In this document: positions 9,185-19,145 of the stretch, piece after piece
Numbering within the stretch: the stretch's first letter is position 1
Layout: each line of letters starts with the position of its first letter
Assembly (NCBI GenBank): GCA_963718235.1
Contig: CAVQYR010000001.1
Coordinates: forward strand, 1,760,001-1,824,000
Length of the DNA stretch: 64,000 nucleotides
Direction: 5' to 3'
From: an uncultured Actinomycetota bacterium
GTDB lineage: Bacteria; Actinomycetota; Actinomycetes; JAHEKZ01
The notes under the pieces: generated by a model
Seen by the model: only the letters and a program-made list of their open reading frames with translations
Databases searched by the model: none
What the model was told of the DNA's origin: nothing
Made by a program: the position numbers and the translations under genes

Positions 9185-10117
9185 GTGCCGAACGCCTCGA
9201 CCGTGCTCGCGCTCGACTCCGCGTCGATGTACTTCCGCGCCTACTACGGCGTCCCTGAGTCGATGACGGCTCCGGACGGCATGCCGGTCAACGCTGTTCG
9301 CGGGTTCCTGGATGCCATCGCGCGACTGGTGACCGAGTACCGGCCTGGGCAGCTGGTCGCCACGTTCGACGCCGACTGGCGTCCGCAGTTCCGGGTCGAG
9401 CTGCTGCCCCAGTACAAGGCACAGAGGGTGGCCGCGGAGGGCGGGGAGGAGGTGCCGGACACCTTGTCGCCGCAGGTACCCGTGATCCAGGCCGTTCTCG
9501 ATGCGATCGGCATCACGCGGTGCGAGGTCGAGGGGTTCGAGGCCGACGACGTCCTTGCTTCGCTCGCCGAGCAGGCTGACGGACCGGTCGATGTCGTCAC
9601 TGGCGACCGCGACCTCTTCCAGCTCGTGGACGACGCCAAGGGCATCCGCGTGCTGTACACCGCCAAGGGCTTCGCCAAGCTGGAGGTGGTGGACGAGGCA
9701 ACGGTGATGGCCAAGTACGGCGTGCCGGCCGCGCACTACGCCGACTTCGCGGCGCTTCGAGGAGATGCCTCTGATGGGCTGCCCGGTGTTCGCGGGGTCG
9801 GCGACAAGTCGGCGGCGGCTCTGGTTCAGCAGTTCGGCAGCATCGAGCACCTGGTCGCGTCACTCGCCGACCCGGACGCCGACGTGCCTCACCGGGGCAA
9901 GCTCGAGGGCGCAGCCGACTACCTGGCCGTGGCCCCACGCGTGGTCCGGGTGCGTCGCGACCTGGCGCTGGGGTTGGAGGGCCAGTCACCGGCAGCGGCG
10001 CTCGCCGGTGACATCGCGGACCCGAAGCAGCTCGAGGCGCTGACGGCACGCTACGGGTTGGCCCAGTCGGTGAAACGGCTGTGCACAGCCCTGGCATCGG
10101 GGCCTGCTGTCGCGTAG
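9185..10117 (+). CDS. 5'-3' exonuclease / flap endonuclease (stand-alone PolI N-terminal domain)
   Basis: LDSASMYFRAYYG, PVNAVRGF, YKAQR, GFEADDV, VTGDRDLFQL and LRGDASDGLPGVRGVGDK (H3TH motif). Confidence 0.92.
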   Translation: MPNASTVLALDSASMYFRAYYGVPESMTAPDGMPVNAVRGFLDAIARLVTEYRPGQLVATFDADWRPQFRVELLPQYKAQRVAAEGGEEVPDTLSPQVPVIQAVLDAIGITRCEVEGFEADDVLASLAEQADGPVDVVTGDRDLFQLVDDAKGIRVLYTAKGFAKLEVVDEATVMAKYGVPAAHYADFAALRGDASDGLPGVRGVGDKSAAALVQQFGSIEHLVASLADPDADVPHRGKLEGAADYLAVAPRVVRVRRDLALGLEGQSPAAALAGDIADPKQLEALTARYGLAQSVKRLCTALASGPAVA

Positions 10118-10135
10118 AATCGAACACATGTTCGA
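10115..10135 (+). promoter_or_regulatory. -10 element TAGAAT plus LexA (SOS) box overlapping the start codon
   Basis: TCGAAC-ACAT-GTTCGA at 10120-10135 matches the actinobacterial SOS box perfectly; TAGAAT at 10115-10120 lies 7 nt before ATG 10128. Confidence 0.85.
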
Positions 10136-11687
10136 CGATGCTGCACCCCGGACCCCGTTGGTCGACCCCCTGGGTGGGCTGGCGCCGTCGGCTGCGGACA
10201 TGGACGCCTGGTGGGAGGAGTCTCAGCGGGCCGATGAGTCGGCGGCGATGGAGTGGCCGGGAGACGAGTCCTCGACGCTCGACCCCGCCCTGCACGAGCA
10301 CCAGACGATGCCGGTGGACTGGTGGGGGGTCACCGACCGCAGTGACCCGCGGTTGTTCAGTGAGCAGCTGACGGCGGACTGGGCGGCCGCTCGGGCCGTG
10401 CTGGCCGGGCCGGGGGGCGAGGCCGCGGCACTGCTGGACTCCATCGAGGTAAGCGACCTGTCCGGAGCGGGTCGGTTGGACTTCCTGCAGGCGACCGAGG
10501 CGCAGAGCAGTTGGCTGTGTGCGCGGCAGTCCCAGGCGTTGGTCGCCCATGTGGGCCACCGGTACCGGGCCGGCGCGGGAGATGCGGTGGCCGAACTGGC
10601 TCAGTCCGGTGCGTTGTACGAAGCCCAGCTGGCGATGAACGTGTCGGTCAACGAGGCCTACCGCCGCTGGCGGGTGAGTGTGGGGCTGGCCGGGCGGCTA
10701 GGCGACACCGCGGTCCTGCTGGAACAGGGCGTGCTGTCCCCGCTGGGCGCCAGGGCGGTGGTCGAGGCGGTCGAAGATCTGTCGGACGAGAACACCATCC
10801 GGGTGCAGGCCAGGGTGCTGCCCAAGGCGGCTGGCCGCCCGGTGGCTGACCTGCGGCGGGCGTTGCGGGCCGCGGTCGACCGGGTCGACTCCGAGGCTGC
10901 AGCCCGACGCCATCACCGGGGAGTGGCCGAGCGAGGCGTCGCCCGGTGGTCGTTGCCCGACGGGCTGGCTCGGCTGGTGGTCACGTCCTCCGCCCACGAC
11001 GTCGAGGTCATGCACCAGGCACTGACCGTTCTCGCCGGGCCGAGGGAGGCCAACGACCCCCGAACCCTGGGTGCCCGCCGGGTCGACGCGCTGCTCGGGT
11101 TGTGCCTGGGCGCTGTGGCCCCCGGCGGCCCTGACCCCACCGGATCGGCCGTGTCGACCGAGTCGGCTGGGTCACCGGCGCGGGTGCCGGCCGCTCCGGT
11201 CACCCCGGTGTGCGCCCAGATCGTGGTCGACCTGCCCACGTTGGCCGGCCTCGCCGACCACCCCTGCCACCTGAAGGGCTACGGGTCGGTCCCGGCCGAA
11301 ATCGCGCGCGGCTGGCTGGCCCACGCCACCACGTGGCAACGGCTGGTCACCGACCCGGTCACCGGACACCTGCTCGACGCCGGCCCGACCGTGCGGTTCG
11401 CACCCGACCAGATCCGGGCGTTCGTCACCGCTCGGGACCAGACCTGCACCGCCCCTGGCTGCCGGCAACCAGCGAGGCGCGCCGACCTGGACCACCACCC
11501 ACCCTGGCGACCCGACGGCACCGGGGGTCGAACCTCGGCCGAGCAGCTCGCTGCGTTGTGCCGACACCACCACCGACTCAAGACGCACACCAAGTGGCGG
11601 ATTGCCGCCCGGAGCCATGGCACCACCGAGTGGGTCAGCCCCGACGGTCGGCACTACACCACCGAACCGCCACCACTGGTCGACTGA
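10128..11687 (+). CDS. DUF222 + HNH endonuclease domain protein (13E12 repeat-like)
   Basis: DPRTLGARRVDAL, VDLPTLAGL...L.GYGSVP, RLVTDPVTGHLLD, RDQTCTAPGC, DLDHHPPW and LCRHHHRLKT. Confidence 0.9.
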   Translation: MFDDAAPRTPLVDPLGGLAPSAADMDAWWEESQRADESAAMEWPGDESSTLDPALHEHQTMPVDWWGVTDRSDPRLFSEQLTADWAAARAVLAGPGGEAAALLDSIEVSDLSGAGRLDFLQATEAQSSWLCARQSQALVAHVGHRYRAGAGDAVAELAQSGALYEAQLAMNVSVNEAYRRWRVSVGLAGRLGDTAVLLEQGVLSPLGARAVVEAVEDLSDENTIRVQARVLPKAAGRPVADLRRALRAAVDRVDSEAAARRHHRGVAERGVARWSLPDGLARLVVTSSAHDVEVMHQALTVLAGPREANDPRTLGARRVDALLGLCLGAVAPGGPDPTGSAVSTESAGSPARVPAAPVTPVCAQIVVDLPTLAGLADHPCHLKGYGSVPAEIARGWLAHATTWQRLVTDPVTGHLLDAGPTVRFAPDQIRAFVTARDQTCTAPGCRQPARRADLDHHPPWRPDGTGGRTSAEQLAALCRHHHRLKTHTKWRIAARSHGTTEWVSPDGRHYTTEPPPLVD

Positions 11688-11728
11688 CCTCTGGCGCACT
11701 CAGTGCCGCGCGTGGTCATGCTGGCACC

Positions 11729-12799
11729 ATGACCACGACCGGGTTCGAGGCGACGCCAGCCGGATCCGACGCTCTGGACGAGACCCTGGTTCGACTGCAC
11801 CGTTGTGGGCCGGAGTTCGACGGTCGCCTGTCCAACCACGCACCGATGGTGGTCGAGGCACTGGTGCGTCATGGCCGAGTCGATGACGTCGAGGGCTGGG
11901 TCGGCCGCTATGAGTCCCGGTTGGACGCGCTGCCGCGCCCGTCTTCGCGGATCGGCCCGTCGGCGTGGCGGGAGGCGCTCGGGGACCCCTCCCGACTCGG
12001 TGACTGGACTGCGTTCTTCGACGACGAGCTCAGGGACGCTGCCTGGAACGACATCCTGGTGCGGTGGTGGCCACGGCTGCTCCCGGGCCTGGCGGCCAGC
12101 GCGACGCACTCGGTGATCCGGCTCGGGCACTGTGTGCAAGCCCTGCGTACGGCGGGACCGTCGCAGCCCCGTCTCGACGAGCTGGCGCAGACGCTGGGCT
12201 ACTGGGCAGCTCGATGGCTCCCCGTCGCCAGTGACCCCACGCCCGGAGGGAGCTGGGGCGTCGCGACGGCCCTTGGCCGGGTGCCCGCACTCGGCGGACC
12301 CGACGCTGCGTTCCCGGACCGGCTGGAGGCTCTGGCAACAGACCCGCGATGGCCCGACGCCGCCGGAGGTGCCGATCTGGCCACCGGGCCGGACGCCGTC
12401 GAGCAGCTGCTGCGCGACCTGGTGACCGCGGCCACACTGCACTACCGGACCCACGGCGCCGGCGAGCCGATCATGCTCGTGCACGCGGCCACGGCTCCCA
12501 ACGCCGTCCTTCGGGTGCTGCCCTCGCTGCCTCGCGACCTGTGGCCGTCCAGCCTGCGTGCCGCCTGGACGGCCACGGCGGCGGTGACGATGATCTACAA
12601 CCCCACGCATGAGACGCCTGCGCCGGAGGACTTGCCCGAAAGGGGCGACCCCCAGGACGTCTTCGACGAAGCGGTGGCCCACGGCGACGAGCACGTGATC
12701 AAGCTCGCCGACACCGCAGTGGACGTCCACGCGTGGTCGTCAGACCGCCGTGTGCTGGGTGCCGCCGCCGCGGCCGCGACGATGATCGACCCGGACTGA
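11729..12799 (+). CDS. Questin oxidase-like (DUF4243) family protein
   Basis: GPEFDGRLSNHAPMVVEAL, PGLAASATHSVIRLGH, LVHAATAPNA and HGDEHVIKL; start ATG 11729. Confidence 0.8.
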   Translation: MTTTGFEATPAGSDALDETLVRLHRCGPEFDGRLSNHAPMVVEALVRHGRVDDVEGWVGRYESRLDALPRPSSRIGPSAWREALGDPSRLGDWTAFFDDELRDAAWNDILVRWWPRLLPGLAASATHSVIRLGHCVQALRTAGPSQPRLDELAQTLGYWAARWLPVASDPTPGGSWGVATALGRVPALGGPDAAFPDRLEALATDPRWPDAAGGADLATGPDAVEQLLRDLVTAATLHYRTHGAGEPIMLVHAATAPNAVLRVLPSLPRDLWPSSLRAAWTATAAVTMIYNPTHETPAPEDLPERGDPQDVFDEAVAHGDEHVIKLADTAVDVHAWSSDRRVLGAAAAAATMIDPD

Positions 12800-12808
12800 G
12801 CACCGGAG

Positions 12809-15520
12809 TCAGGCGTCGCGACCCTCGCTGACCACCCCGCGACGGATCGCCCCGATGGCAGTGCGCGCGGCGCTCTGCAGGGCTGGGTCGTCGGTCGCCA
12901 CGGCGAGCTGTCCGAGCAGGTCGACCAGCTGCTTGGTCCAGCGCACGAAGTCACCGGCGGTGAGCTCGGCCTCGTGCAGGACGTCGTCGAGGCGATGTCC
13001 GCTCGCCCATCGGTACGCCGCCCAGGCGAATCCAGCGTCGGGCACCCGGGTGAAGTCCAACCGGTGCTCGCGCTCGAGGGCGCGCAGGTCGCCGGCCAGC
13101 CGCATCGTGGCCTCGATGGCGTCCCGACCGCGCCCGCCGGGCAGCTTGGGACTCGAGGCGTCGTCGCGACGTGCCTCGTAGACGAGCAGGGACACCGCAG
13201 CCGCGAGCTCGGCGGGGGTGAGGTCGCGCCACACGTCCTCGCGCAGGCACTCGGCGGCCACGAGGTCGAGCTCGCCGTAGATCCGGGCCAGCCGCTCCCC
13301 CGCGGGCAGCACAGCGTCGCCGTCGACGTACCCGAGCTCCTCCAGCACGGTCAGCACCCGGTCGAAGGTCCGGGCGATGGTGTTGGTTCTCGTCTCGATG
13401 CGCTGCTCGACGCCCTCGGTCTCCCGCTTCAGCCTGTGGTAGCGCTCGGCCCAGCGGGCGTGGTCCTCACGCTCGGCGCACCCGTGGCAGGGGTGCGCGC
13501 GAAGCGCAGCCCGAAGGTCGAGCAGCATGACGTCGTCGGCGGCCGATGACCGATTGCGCGAGCGGCTGCGGGGTGGCAGGTCGACGCTGCGCAACCGGTT
13601 GCCCAGGTCGCGGCGGGCCTGGGCGTTGCGGGCGTTGAACGACTTGGGCAGCTTGAGCCGGTCCAGCGCCTGCATCGGTGCGGTCACCTCGGTCGGCGAG
13701 ATGCGCCTGACCTGTCCACGCTGGGTCATCACGACGACCCGGGGCGGCTCGTCTCGGCGGTGCGGGTCGCGCTCACTGCTCAACACGACGGCCACGCCTG
13801 CCCGCTTGCCCCCCGGGACCTCGACGACGTCGCCCGGCTGTAGCCGGGACAGTGACGCCTCGGCCTCCGCCCGTCGGGATGCGCTGCTGGCGCGGGCGAG
13901 CTCCTTCTCCCGCTCGCTGAGGGACGCCCGCAGCGAGGAGTACTCGACGAAGTCACCGAGGTGGCAGGTCAGCGAGGTCTCGTACCCCGCGAGCGTCTCC
14001 TCGTTACGTCGCACCTGTCGGGCGAGTCCGACGACGGCCCGGTCGGCCTGGAACTGGGCGAACGACGACTCGAGCACCTCACGGGCGGTGTGGCGCCCCA
14101 TCTGCCGGACGAGGTTGACCGCCATGTTGTAGGTCGGCCGGAACGACGACCGCAGCGGGTAGGTGCGGGTCGACGCGAGTCCGGCCACGGCCCGCGGGTC
14201 GAATCCGGGTTGCCACAGCACGACGGCGTCACCCTCGACGTCGATTCCGCGCCGGCCCGCCCGTCCGGTGAGCTGGGTGTACTCGGCGGGCGTCACATCG
14301 GCATGGGCCTGACCGTTCCACTTGCTCAGCTTCTCGAGGACCACGGTGCGGGCGGGCATGTTGATGCCGAGAGCGAGGGTCTCGGTGGCGAACACGGCCT
14401 GGATGAGCCCTCCGGCGAACAGCTCCTCGACGACCTCCTTGAAGGCGGGAAGCAGGCCGGCATGGTGGGCGGCGAACCCGCGCTCGAGGCCTTCGAGCCA
14501 CTCGCCATAGCCGAGCACGCGCAGGTCGTCGTCGGGGAGGTGGGCGGTGCGTTCCTCGGCGATCCGCCGGATCTCGTCGCGCACGTCCAAGGAGGCCAGG
14601 CGCACTCCCGCCCCGAGCAGCTGGCGAACCGCCGCGTCGCACCCGGCGCGGCTGAAGATGAAGACGATGGCCGGGAGGAGGTCGCGCCGACCCAGTGCCT
14701 CGACGACATCGGCGCGGGTGGGCACGCCAGGGGGTCTGCCCCGACGTTCACCACGCTTGGGGCGATGACCGCGAAGTCGGGTGAGCTTCTCCTCGTCCCG
14801 GGCCAGGCGCAGCAGCTCGGGGTTGACCTCCCGCTGGTCGTCGTCGACGAACAGGTCGAACAGCCGGCTTCCGACCTGCACCTGCTGCCACAGGGGAACC
14901 GGTCGGTGCTCGCTGACCACGATCTCGGTCTTGCCTCGCACCTCCCCGAGCCAGTCGCCGAACTCCTCGGCGTTGCTCACCGTGGCCGACAGCGCAGCGA
15001 CGGTGACCGACTCCGGCAGGTGGATGATCACCTCCTCCCACACGGCGCCGCGTGAACGGTCAGCCAGGTAGTGGACCTCGTCCATGACGACGAAGCCGAG
15101 GTTGGCCAATGTGCCGGAACCGGCGTAGAGCATGTTGCGCAGAACCTCGGTCGTCATCACGACGACGGGGGCCTCGCCGTTGATCGAGTTGTCCCCGGTG
15201 AGCAGACCCACCTGCCCGGTGCCGTACCGCTCGACCAAGTCGTTGAACTTCTGGTTCGACAGCGCCTTGATCGGCGTGGTGTAAAAGCACTTCTGCCCCC
15301 GGGCCAGCGCCAGGTGAATGGCGAACTCCCCCACCACCGTCTTCCCGGAGCCGGTCGGTGCGGCCACCAGCACGCCGAGGCCGGACTCCAGGGCCCGGGC
15401 CGCCTCGAGCTGGAACTCGTCGAGACCGAACGGGTAGTGGTCGGCGAACGCGGCGAGCTCGGTTCGGTTGTCACGTTGACGCTCACGCGCCGCGGCGTAG
15501 CGCTCGGCCGGGGTGGTCAC
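12809..15520 (-). CDS. helY: HelY-like Ski2-family DExH RNA helicase
   Basis: APTGSGKT, YTTPIKALSNQK, MDEVHY, LSATVSN, ATETLALGINMPA, QLTGRAGRRG and C-terminal DSHCT (LTAGDFVRW); follows tatC. Confidence 0.93.
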   Translation of the reverse strand: MTTPAERYAAARERQRDNRTELAAFADHYPFGLDEFQLEAARALESGLGVLVAAPTGSGKTVVGEFAIHLALARGQKCFYTTPIKALSNQKFNDLVERYGTGQVGLLTGDNSINGEAPVVVMTTEVLRNMLYAGSGTLANLGFVVMDEVHYLADRSRGAVWEEVIIHLPESVTVAALSATVSNAEEFGDWLGEVRGKTEIVVSEHRPVPLWQQVQVGSRLFDLFVDDDQREVNPELLRLARDEEKLTRLRGHRPKRGERRGRPPGVPTRADVVEALGRRDLLPAIVFIFSRAGCDAAVRQLLGAGVRLASLDVRDEIRRIAEERTAHLPDDDLRVLGYGEWLEGLERGFAAHHAGLLPAFKEVVEELFAGGLIQAVFATETLALGINMPARTVVLEKLSKWNGQAHADVTPAEYTQLTGRAGRRGIDVEGDAVVLWQPGFDPRAVAGLASTRTYPLRSSFRPTYNMAVNLVRQMGRHTAREVLESSFAQFQADRAVVGLARQVRRNEETLAGYETSLTCHLGDFVEYSSLRASLSEREKELARASSASRRAEAEASLSRLQPGDVVEVPGGKRAGVAVVLSSERDPHRRDEPPRVVVMTQRGQVRRISPTEVTAPMQALDRLKLPKSFNARNAQARRDLGNRLRSVDLPPRSRSRNRSSAADDVMLLDLRAALRAHPCHGCAEREDHARWAERYHRLKRETEGVEQRIETRTNTIARTFDRVLTVLEELGYVDGDAVLPAGERLARIYGELDLVAAECLREDVWRDLTPAELAAAVSLLVYEARRDDASSPKLPGGRGRDAIEATMRLAGDLRALEREHRLDFTRVPDAGFAWAAYRWASGHRLDDVLHEAELTAGDFVRWTKQLVDLLGQLAVATDDPALQSAARTAIGAIRRGVVSEGRDA

Positions 15521-15527
15521 CTCGACC

Positions 15528-16427
15528 TCAACGGTCGTCGGACGTCGGGTCGTCGTCGAGCGTGGTCGGGACGATCGGCTCGGGTGCCTCGATCGTCGAC
15601 GCGGCATCGTCATCGAGGTCGGCGAGTCCGCTGTCGTGTGCACGTCGGTCCCGGCGCCGGTCGTTGAGCCAGCAGATCCCCAGCGCGATCACGATGAGCA
15701 GGAGCATGGGTGTGGCGAGCAGCAGCATCGTCTGCGGGTCGCCGGACGGGGTGGCAACCGCGGCGAACACGAACGTGGCGAAGATGATCCACCGCCAGGC
15801 CCGCGCAAGGACCCCGGCGGACAGGACTCCGGCGAAGTTCAGCGCCACGATGAAGACCGGAACCAGGAAGGAGACGCCGAACACCAGGATCGTGCGGATG
15901 AAGAACGAGAGGTACCGGTCGACGCTGAGCAGGTTGGCGACGTCCTGGGGCGTGAATCCGAGCAGCAGACCGAGGCCCTTGGGCAGCAGGTAGTAGCCAA
16001 GGGCGACACCGAACAGGAAGAGGGGCACCGTCACGGCGAGGAACACGAAGCTCCAGCGACGCTCGTGCTTGTGCAGCCCCGGTGTGACGAACCGCCAGAC
16101 CTGGTAGATCCACACCGGCGAGGCAGCGATCACCCCGACCATCAGGGAGATCTTGAGCTGGGTCATGAACGCACCGGTGATGTCGTTGAAGACCAGCGAC
16201 ACCTGGCGCCCCTCGGCCTGGGCGCGTTCCATGACTCCGTCCAGGGGATGCTGGACGATCGCAAAGACGGGGTCGTAGTAGATCCAGGCGAGGACTGCGC
16301 CGACGCCGATCGCCAGGAACGACTTGACCAGACGGGACCGCAGCTCCCGAAGGTGCGCGGACAGGGGCATACGTCCCCCGTCGTCAGGCGCCGGTGTGGT
16401 GCGCGCCGTGGTGTCGGACGTCGTCAT
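15528..16427 (-). CDS. tatC: Twin-arginine translocase subunit TatC
   Basis: MPLSAHLRELRSRL, YQVWRFVTPGLHKHE, AAVATPSGDP; multiple TM helices. Confidence 0.96.
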   Translation of the reverse strand: MTTSDTTARTTPAPDDGGRMPLSAHLRELRSRLVKSFLAIGVGAVLAWIYYDPVFAIVQHPLDGVMERAQAEGRQVSLVFNDITGAFMTQLKISLMVGVIAASPVWIYQVWRFVTPGLHKHERRWSFVFLAVTVPLFLFGVALGYYLLPKGLGLLLGFTPQDVANLLSVDRYLSFFIRTILVFGVSFLVPVFIVALNFAGVLSAGVLARAWRWIIFATFVFAAVATPSGDPQTMLLLATPMLLLIVIALGICWLNDRRRDRRAHDSGLADLDDDAASTIEAPEPIVPTTLDDDPTSDDR

Positions 16428-16456
16428 GGCCGGACGGTCGGCCTACCTCGACTCGC

Positions 16457-16723
16457 TCAGCGCTCGGCGGGGTCGGGCTTGGTCTCCGACTGGGTGGCGT
16501 TGTCGACGACCGGCGGAGTCGAGCGGACCTCGTCCGGCTTGGCGGCGATCTGCTCGGGCGCCTTGCCGTCGGCGTCGTCGTCGTTGGCGGCCTTGACCTC
16601 GGACTTGAAGATCCGCAGCGAGCGACCGAGGCCACGCGCGGTGTCGGGAAGTCGCTTGGCGCCGAAGAGCAGCAGGACGACGAGCAGGATGAGGATGATC
16701 TCGGGGGCCTGAAGGCTGGGCAT
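16457..16723 (-). CDS. tatA: Twin-arginine translocase subunit TatA
   Basis: [35 protein letters not shown]; GAAGGA RBS before ATG 16723. Confidence 0.95.
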   Translation of the reverse strand: MPSLQAPEIILILLVVLLLFGAKRLPDTARGLGRSLRIFKSEVKAANDDDADGKAPEQIAAKPDEVRSTPPVVDNATQSETKPDPAER

Positions 16724-16810
16724 GGGGGAATCCTTCGCAGGTCTCGCTCGTGACATCAGACATCCGAGCTCGGGGACAACTCTCTGCCGATGGTACGCCG
16801 CCAAAGGGCC

Positions 16811-17143
16811 TCAGTGGTGGATCGGGCTCCCGGCGCCCTCGGCCACCAGGTCGTGGCTGTCGAGCCACAGGGCGAAGTCGAGCAGCTCGTCGTAGCTGAT
16901 CACGGCCCCGTAGTGCTCCTCCATCGCCTCCGCGGGGATGTGCCAGGGCGTGGCAGCGACCCCCCCGGACATGAGCAGGGCGACGATCTCGTCGTCGGCC
17001 GGCTTGCGAACCTCGTCGTTGCAGGTCGGGCAGCAGAAGGCGTAGTGGGACCACTCCGAGCGGGTGCAGACCACGAGTCGCATCTGATCGGGTGTGAGCT
17101 CGACATCTCCGCACACCGGACACGACGCCTTGATCGTCGTCAT
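16811..17143 (-). CDS. Zinc-ribbon-like hypothetical protein (110 aa)
   Basis: MTTIKASCPVCGDVEL...YAFCCPTC (two CxxC); GGAGGTG RBS before ATG 17143. Confidence 0.8.
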   Translation of the reverse strand: MTTIKASCPVCGDVELTPDQMRLVVCTRSEWSHYAFCCPTCNDEVRKPADDEIVALLMSGGVAATPWHIPAEAMEEHYGAVISYDELLDFALWLDSHDLVAEGAGSPIHH

Positions 17144-17196
17144 GGCCAGCACCTCCCCTCGGCGGTCGCCCGGATCTGCCGGGCTGTTGAGTGAGG

Positions 17197-17222
17197 TTCG
17201 GCAGCCAGCGGCCGAATCTGAA
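17197..17222 (-). promoter_or_regulatory. Candidate FliA/WhiG (sigma28)-type promoter
   Basis: Minus strand TTCA-N16-GCCGAA upstream of the zinc-ribbon gene. Confidence 0.5.
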
Positions 17223-17229
17223 GGACCCG

Positions 17230-18180
17230 TCAGGAGTAGCCCTTCAGGGCCAGCTCGGCCTCGCGGCGCACCGCTTCGCCCACCTGGGGAGGGTCGATGA
17301 CCCGCGCGGCGCCACCCATCCGGAGCATCAGGCGACGCAGCCACCCGGTGTCGCCGACCCGCAGCTGAACCAGAGCCCCGCCATCGGCGGACTCGATGAC
17401 CGACTCGACCGGGTACGCCTCGACGAGCCAGCGCCCGGCCGGTGTGACGGCCACGGTGGCCAGGGTCTGTGCCTCGTCGGGGGCGAAGACGTCGTCGTCG
17501 AGGTCTGCTCGCCCGGCACCCGGTGGGACGTCGGCGGCGACGTCCAGCTCGGTGACCTCCGCGATCCGGTCGAGGCGGAAGATCCGGGTGGCCTCGGCCG
17601 TGCGGCACCACCCCTCCAGGTAGGTGCGACCTCCCAGCACGACGAGCCGAATGGGGTCGACGTCGCGGCTGGTCACCTCATCGCGGGCCGGGACGTAGTA
17701 GCGCAGGTGCACCCGGTGCCTGTTCTCGAGGGCGGGCCTCAGCTGCGCCAGCACCTCGGCGTCCCCCTCGACCTGGACGGCGATCCGCTCGGCCCCGTCG
17801 GCAGCATCTCCGGCCGCGGTCTGCAGCTTGGCCATCGTGCGGTCCAGCGCGTCGCGGTCATGGCCTCCGGGCACGGCGGCCAGGGTGCGCAGCCCGACGA
17901 GGAGGGCCAGGGCCTCGTCCGGGCCCAGCCGCAGCGGGCGGGCGATGGTGTCGGCGTTGCTCACCACGATGGTGTCGCCGTCGAGGCTCACGTCGATCAG
18001 GTCGTCGGGCAGGTGTCCGGGCAGTCCGCACAGGAAGGCCAGCTCGAGGTCCTTGCGCAGCTGGGCGGGCGTGACACCGAACTCAGCGGCGGCCACGTCG
18101 ACGCCCACGCCAGGCCTGGCGAGCAGCCACGGGATCAGGGCCAGCAGCCGGGACAGCTGCGCGACCGCGCTGGCGGCCAT
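17230..18180 (-). CDS. pafC: WYL-domain transcriptional regulator PafC
   Basis: QLSRLLALIPWL HTH, CGLPGHLPDDLID, RDVDPIRL, YLEGWC and RIFRLDRI; translationally coupled to pafB. Confidence 0.9.
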   Translation of the reverse strand: MAASAVAQLSRLLALIPWLLARPGVGVDVAAAEFGVTPAQLRKDLELAFLCGLPGHLPDDLIDVSLDGDTIVVSNADTIARPLRLGPDEALALLVGLRTLAAVPGGHDRDALDRTMAKLQTAAGDAADGAERIAVQVEGDAEVLAQLRPALENRHRVHLRYYVPARDEVTSRDVDPIRLVVLGGRTYLEGWCRTAEATRIFRLDRIAEVTELDVAADVPPGAGRADLDDDVFAPDEAQTLATVAVTPAGRWLVEAYPVESVIESADGGALVQLRVGDTGWLRRLMLRMGGAARVIDPPQVGEAVRREAELALKGYS

Positions 18181-19145
18181 CAGGCGACCTCGTCCACGAG
18201 GCGCTTCAACCGCCGGACCACGGCCTCCCGGAGCTCGGTCGGCTCCTGCGCCACGACATCGGCCCCGTACCCGCACAGCTCGACGGCGAGGGTCTCGGCG
18301 TCCTGGTAGCGCACCTGAACCCGGTCCCACCCCTCGGAGCCCGAAGCGACGACCCGCCCGCGCCGGCGCAAGGGGTGCGCAGCCCCGGCGCGGACGTCGA
18401 CGACGGCCGTCTGCTCGGCGGCAGGGGGGGCCAGCATCGCAACCTGGTGGCGCACGTCGACCCCGGCCGGGACCTGGACCGTCCCCGGCGCACCGGTGAA
18501 CGTCACCGGGCCGTCGATCCGGGACAGCCGGAACACCCGCGAGTCCGCACGGTCGGTGTCGTGCCCCACGACGTACCAGCGGCCGTGCCAGGACACGACC
18601 CCCCAGGGCTCCACGGCCCTGGTCGCCGGCGTGGCCGCCCCGGAGCGTCGGTAGTCGAAGCGCACCGGACGGCGGTCGCGGACGGCCTCGTACAGGGCCG
18701 CGAACGCCGGCTCGGCGGCCGTGACCCGAGGCTCGACGACTCCCAGCCCGGCCGGGTCGATGTCGGCCCCGCCGGCCTGCAGCTTGCGCACCGCCTGCCC
18801 GGCGGCCTGGGCCAGGGTCGCCTGCTGCCAGGCCCGGGCGGCGAGTCCCAGCACCGCCAGCTCGTCGGGCTCGAAGGTGATCTCGGGCAGTGCGTACGCG
18901 TCACGTGGGATCCGGTAGCCGACCTCGTCCTCGAACCACGCGCTGTTCGACCCGGTGACGAGGGGGATTCCCATCTCCCGCAGGTCGTCCTTGTCCCGCT
19001 CGAACATCCGCTCGAAGGCCTCGTCGGACTCGCAGCGGGCGTACTGCGGCACGGCCAGCCGGATCTGCTCGCGGGCGAGGAACTGCCGCGTCGACAGCAG
19101 ACAGATGACCAGGTTGAGCAGACGCTCGGTTCGAGTGGCGGACAC
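18180..19145 (-). CDS. pafB: WYL-domain transcriptional regulator PafB
   Basis: RTERLLNLVICLL, AFERMFERDKDDLREMGIP, VEPWGVVSWHGRWYVVGHD and RVFRLSRI. Confidence 0.92.
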   Translation of the reverse strand: MSATRTERLLNLVICLLSTRQFLAREQIRLAVPQYARCESDEAFERMFERDKDDLREMGIPLVTGSNSAWFEDEVGYRIPRDAYALPEITFEPDELAVLGLAARAWQQATLAQAAGQAVRKLQAGGADIDPAGLGVVEPRVTAAEPAFAALYEAVRDRRPVRFDYRRSGAATPATRAVEPWGVVSWHGRWYVVGHDTDRADSRVFRLSRIDGPVTFTGAPGTVQVPAGVDVRHQVAMLAPPAAEQTAVVDVRAGAAHPLRRRGRVVASGSEGWDRVQVRYQDAETLAVELCGYGADVVAQEPTELREAVVRRLKRLVDEVA

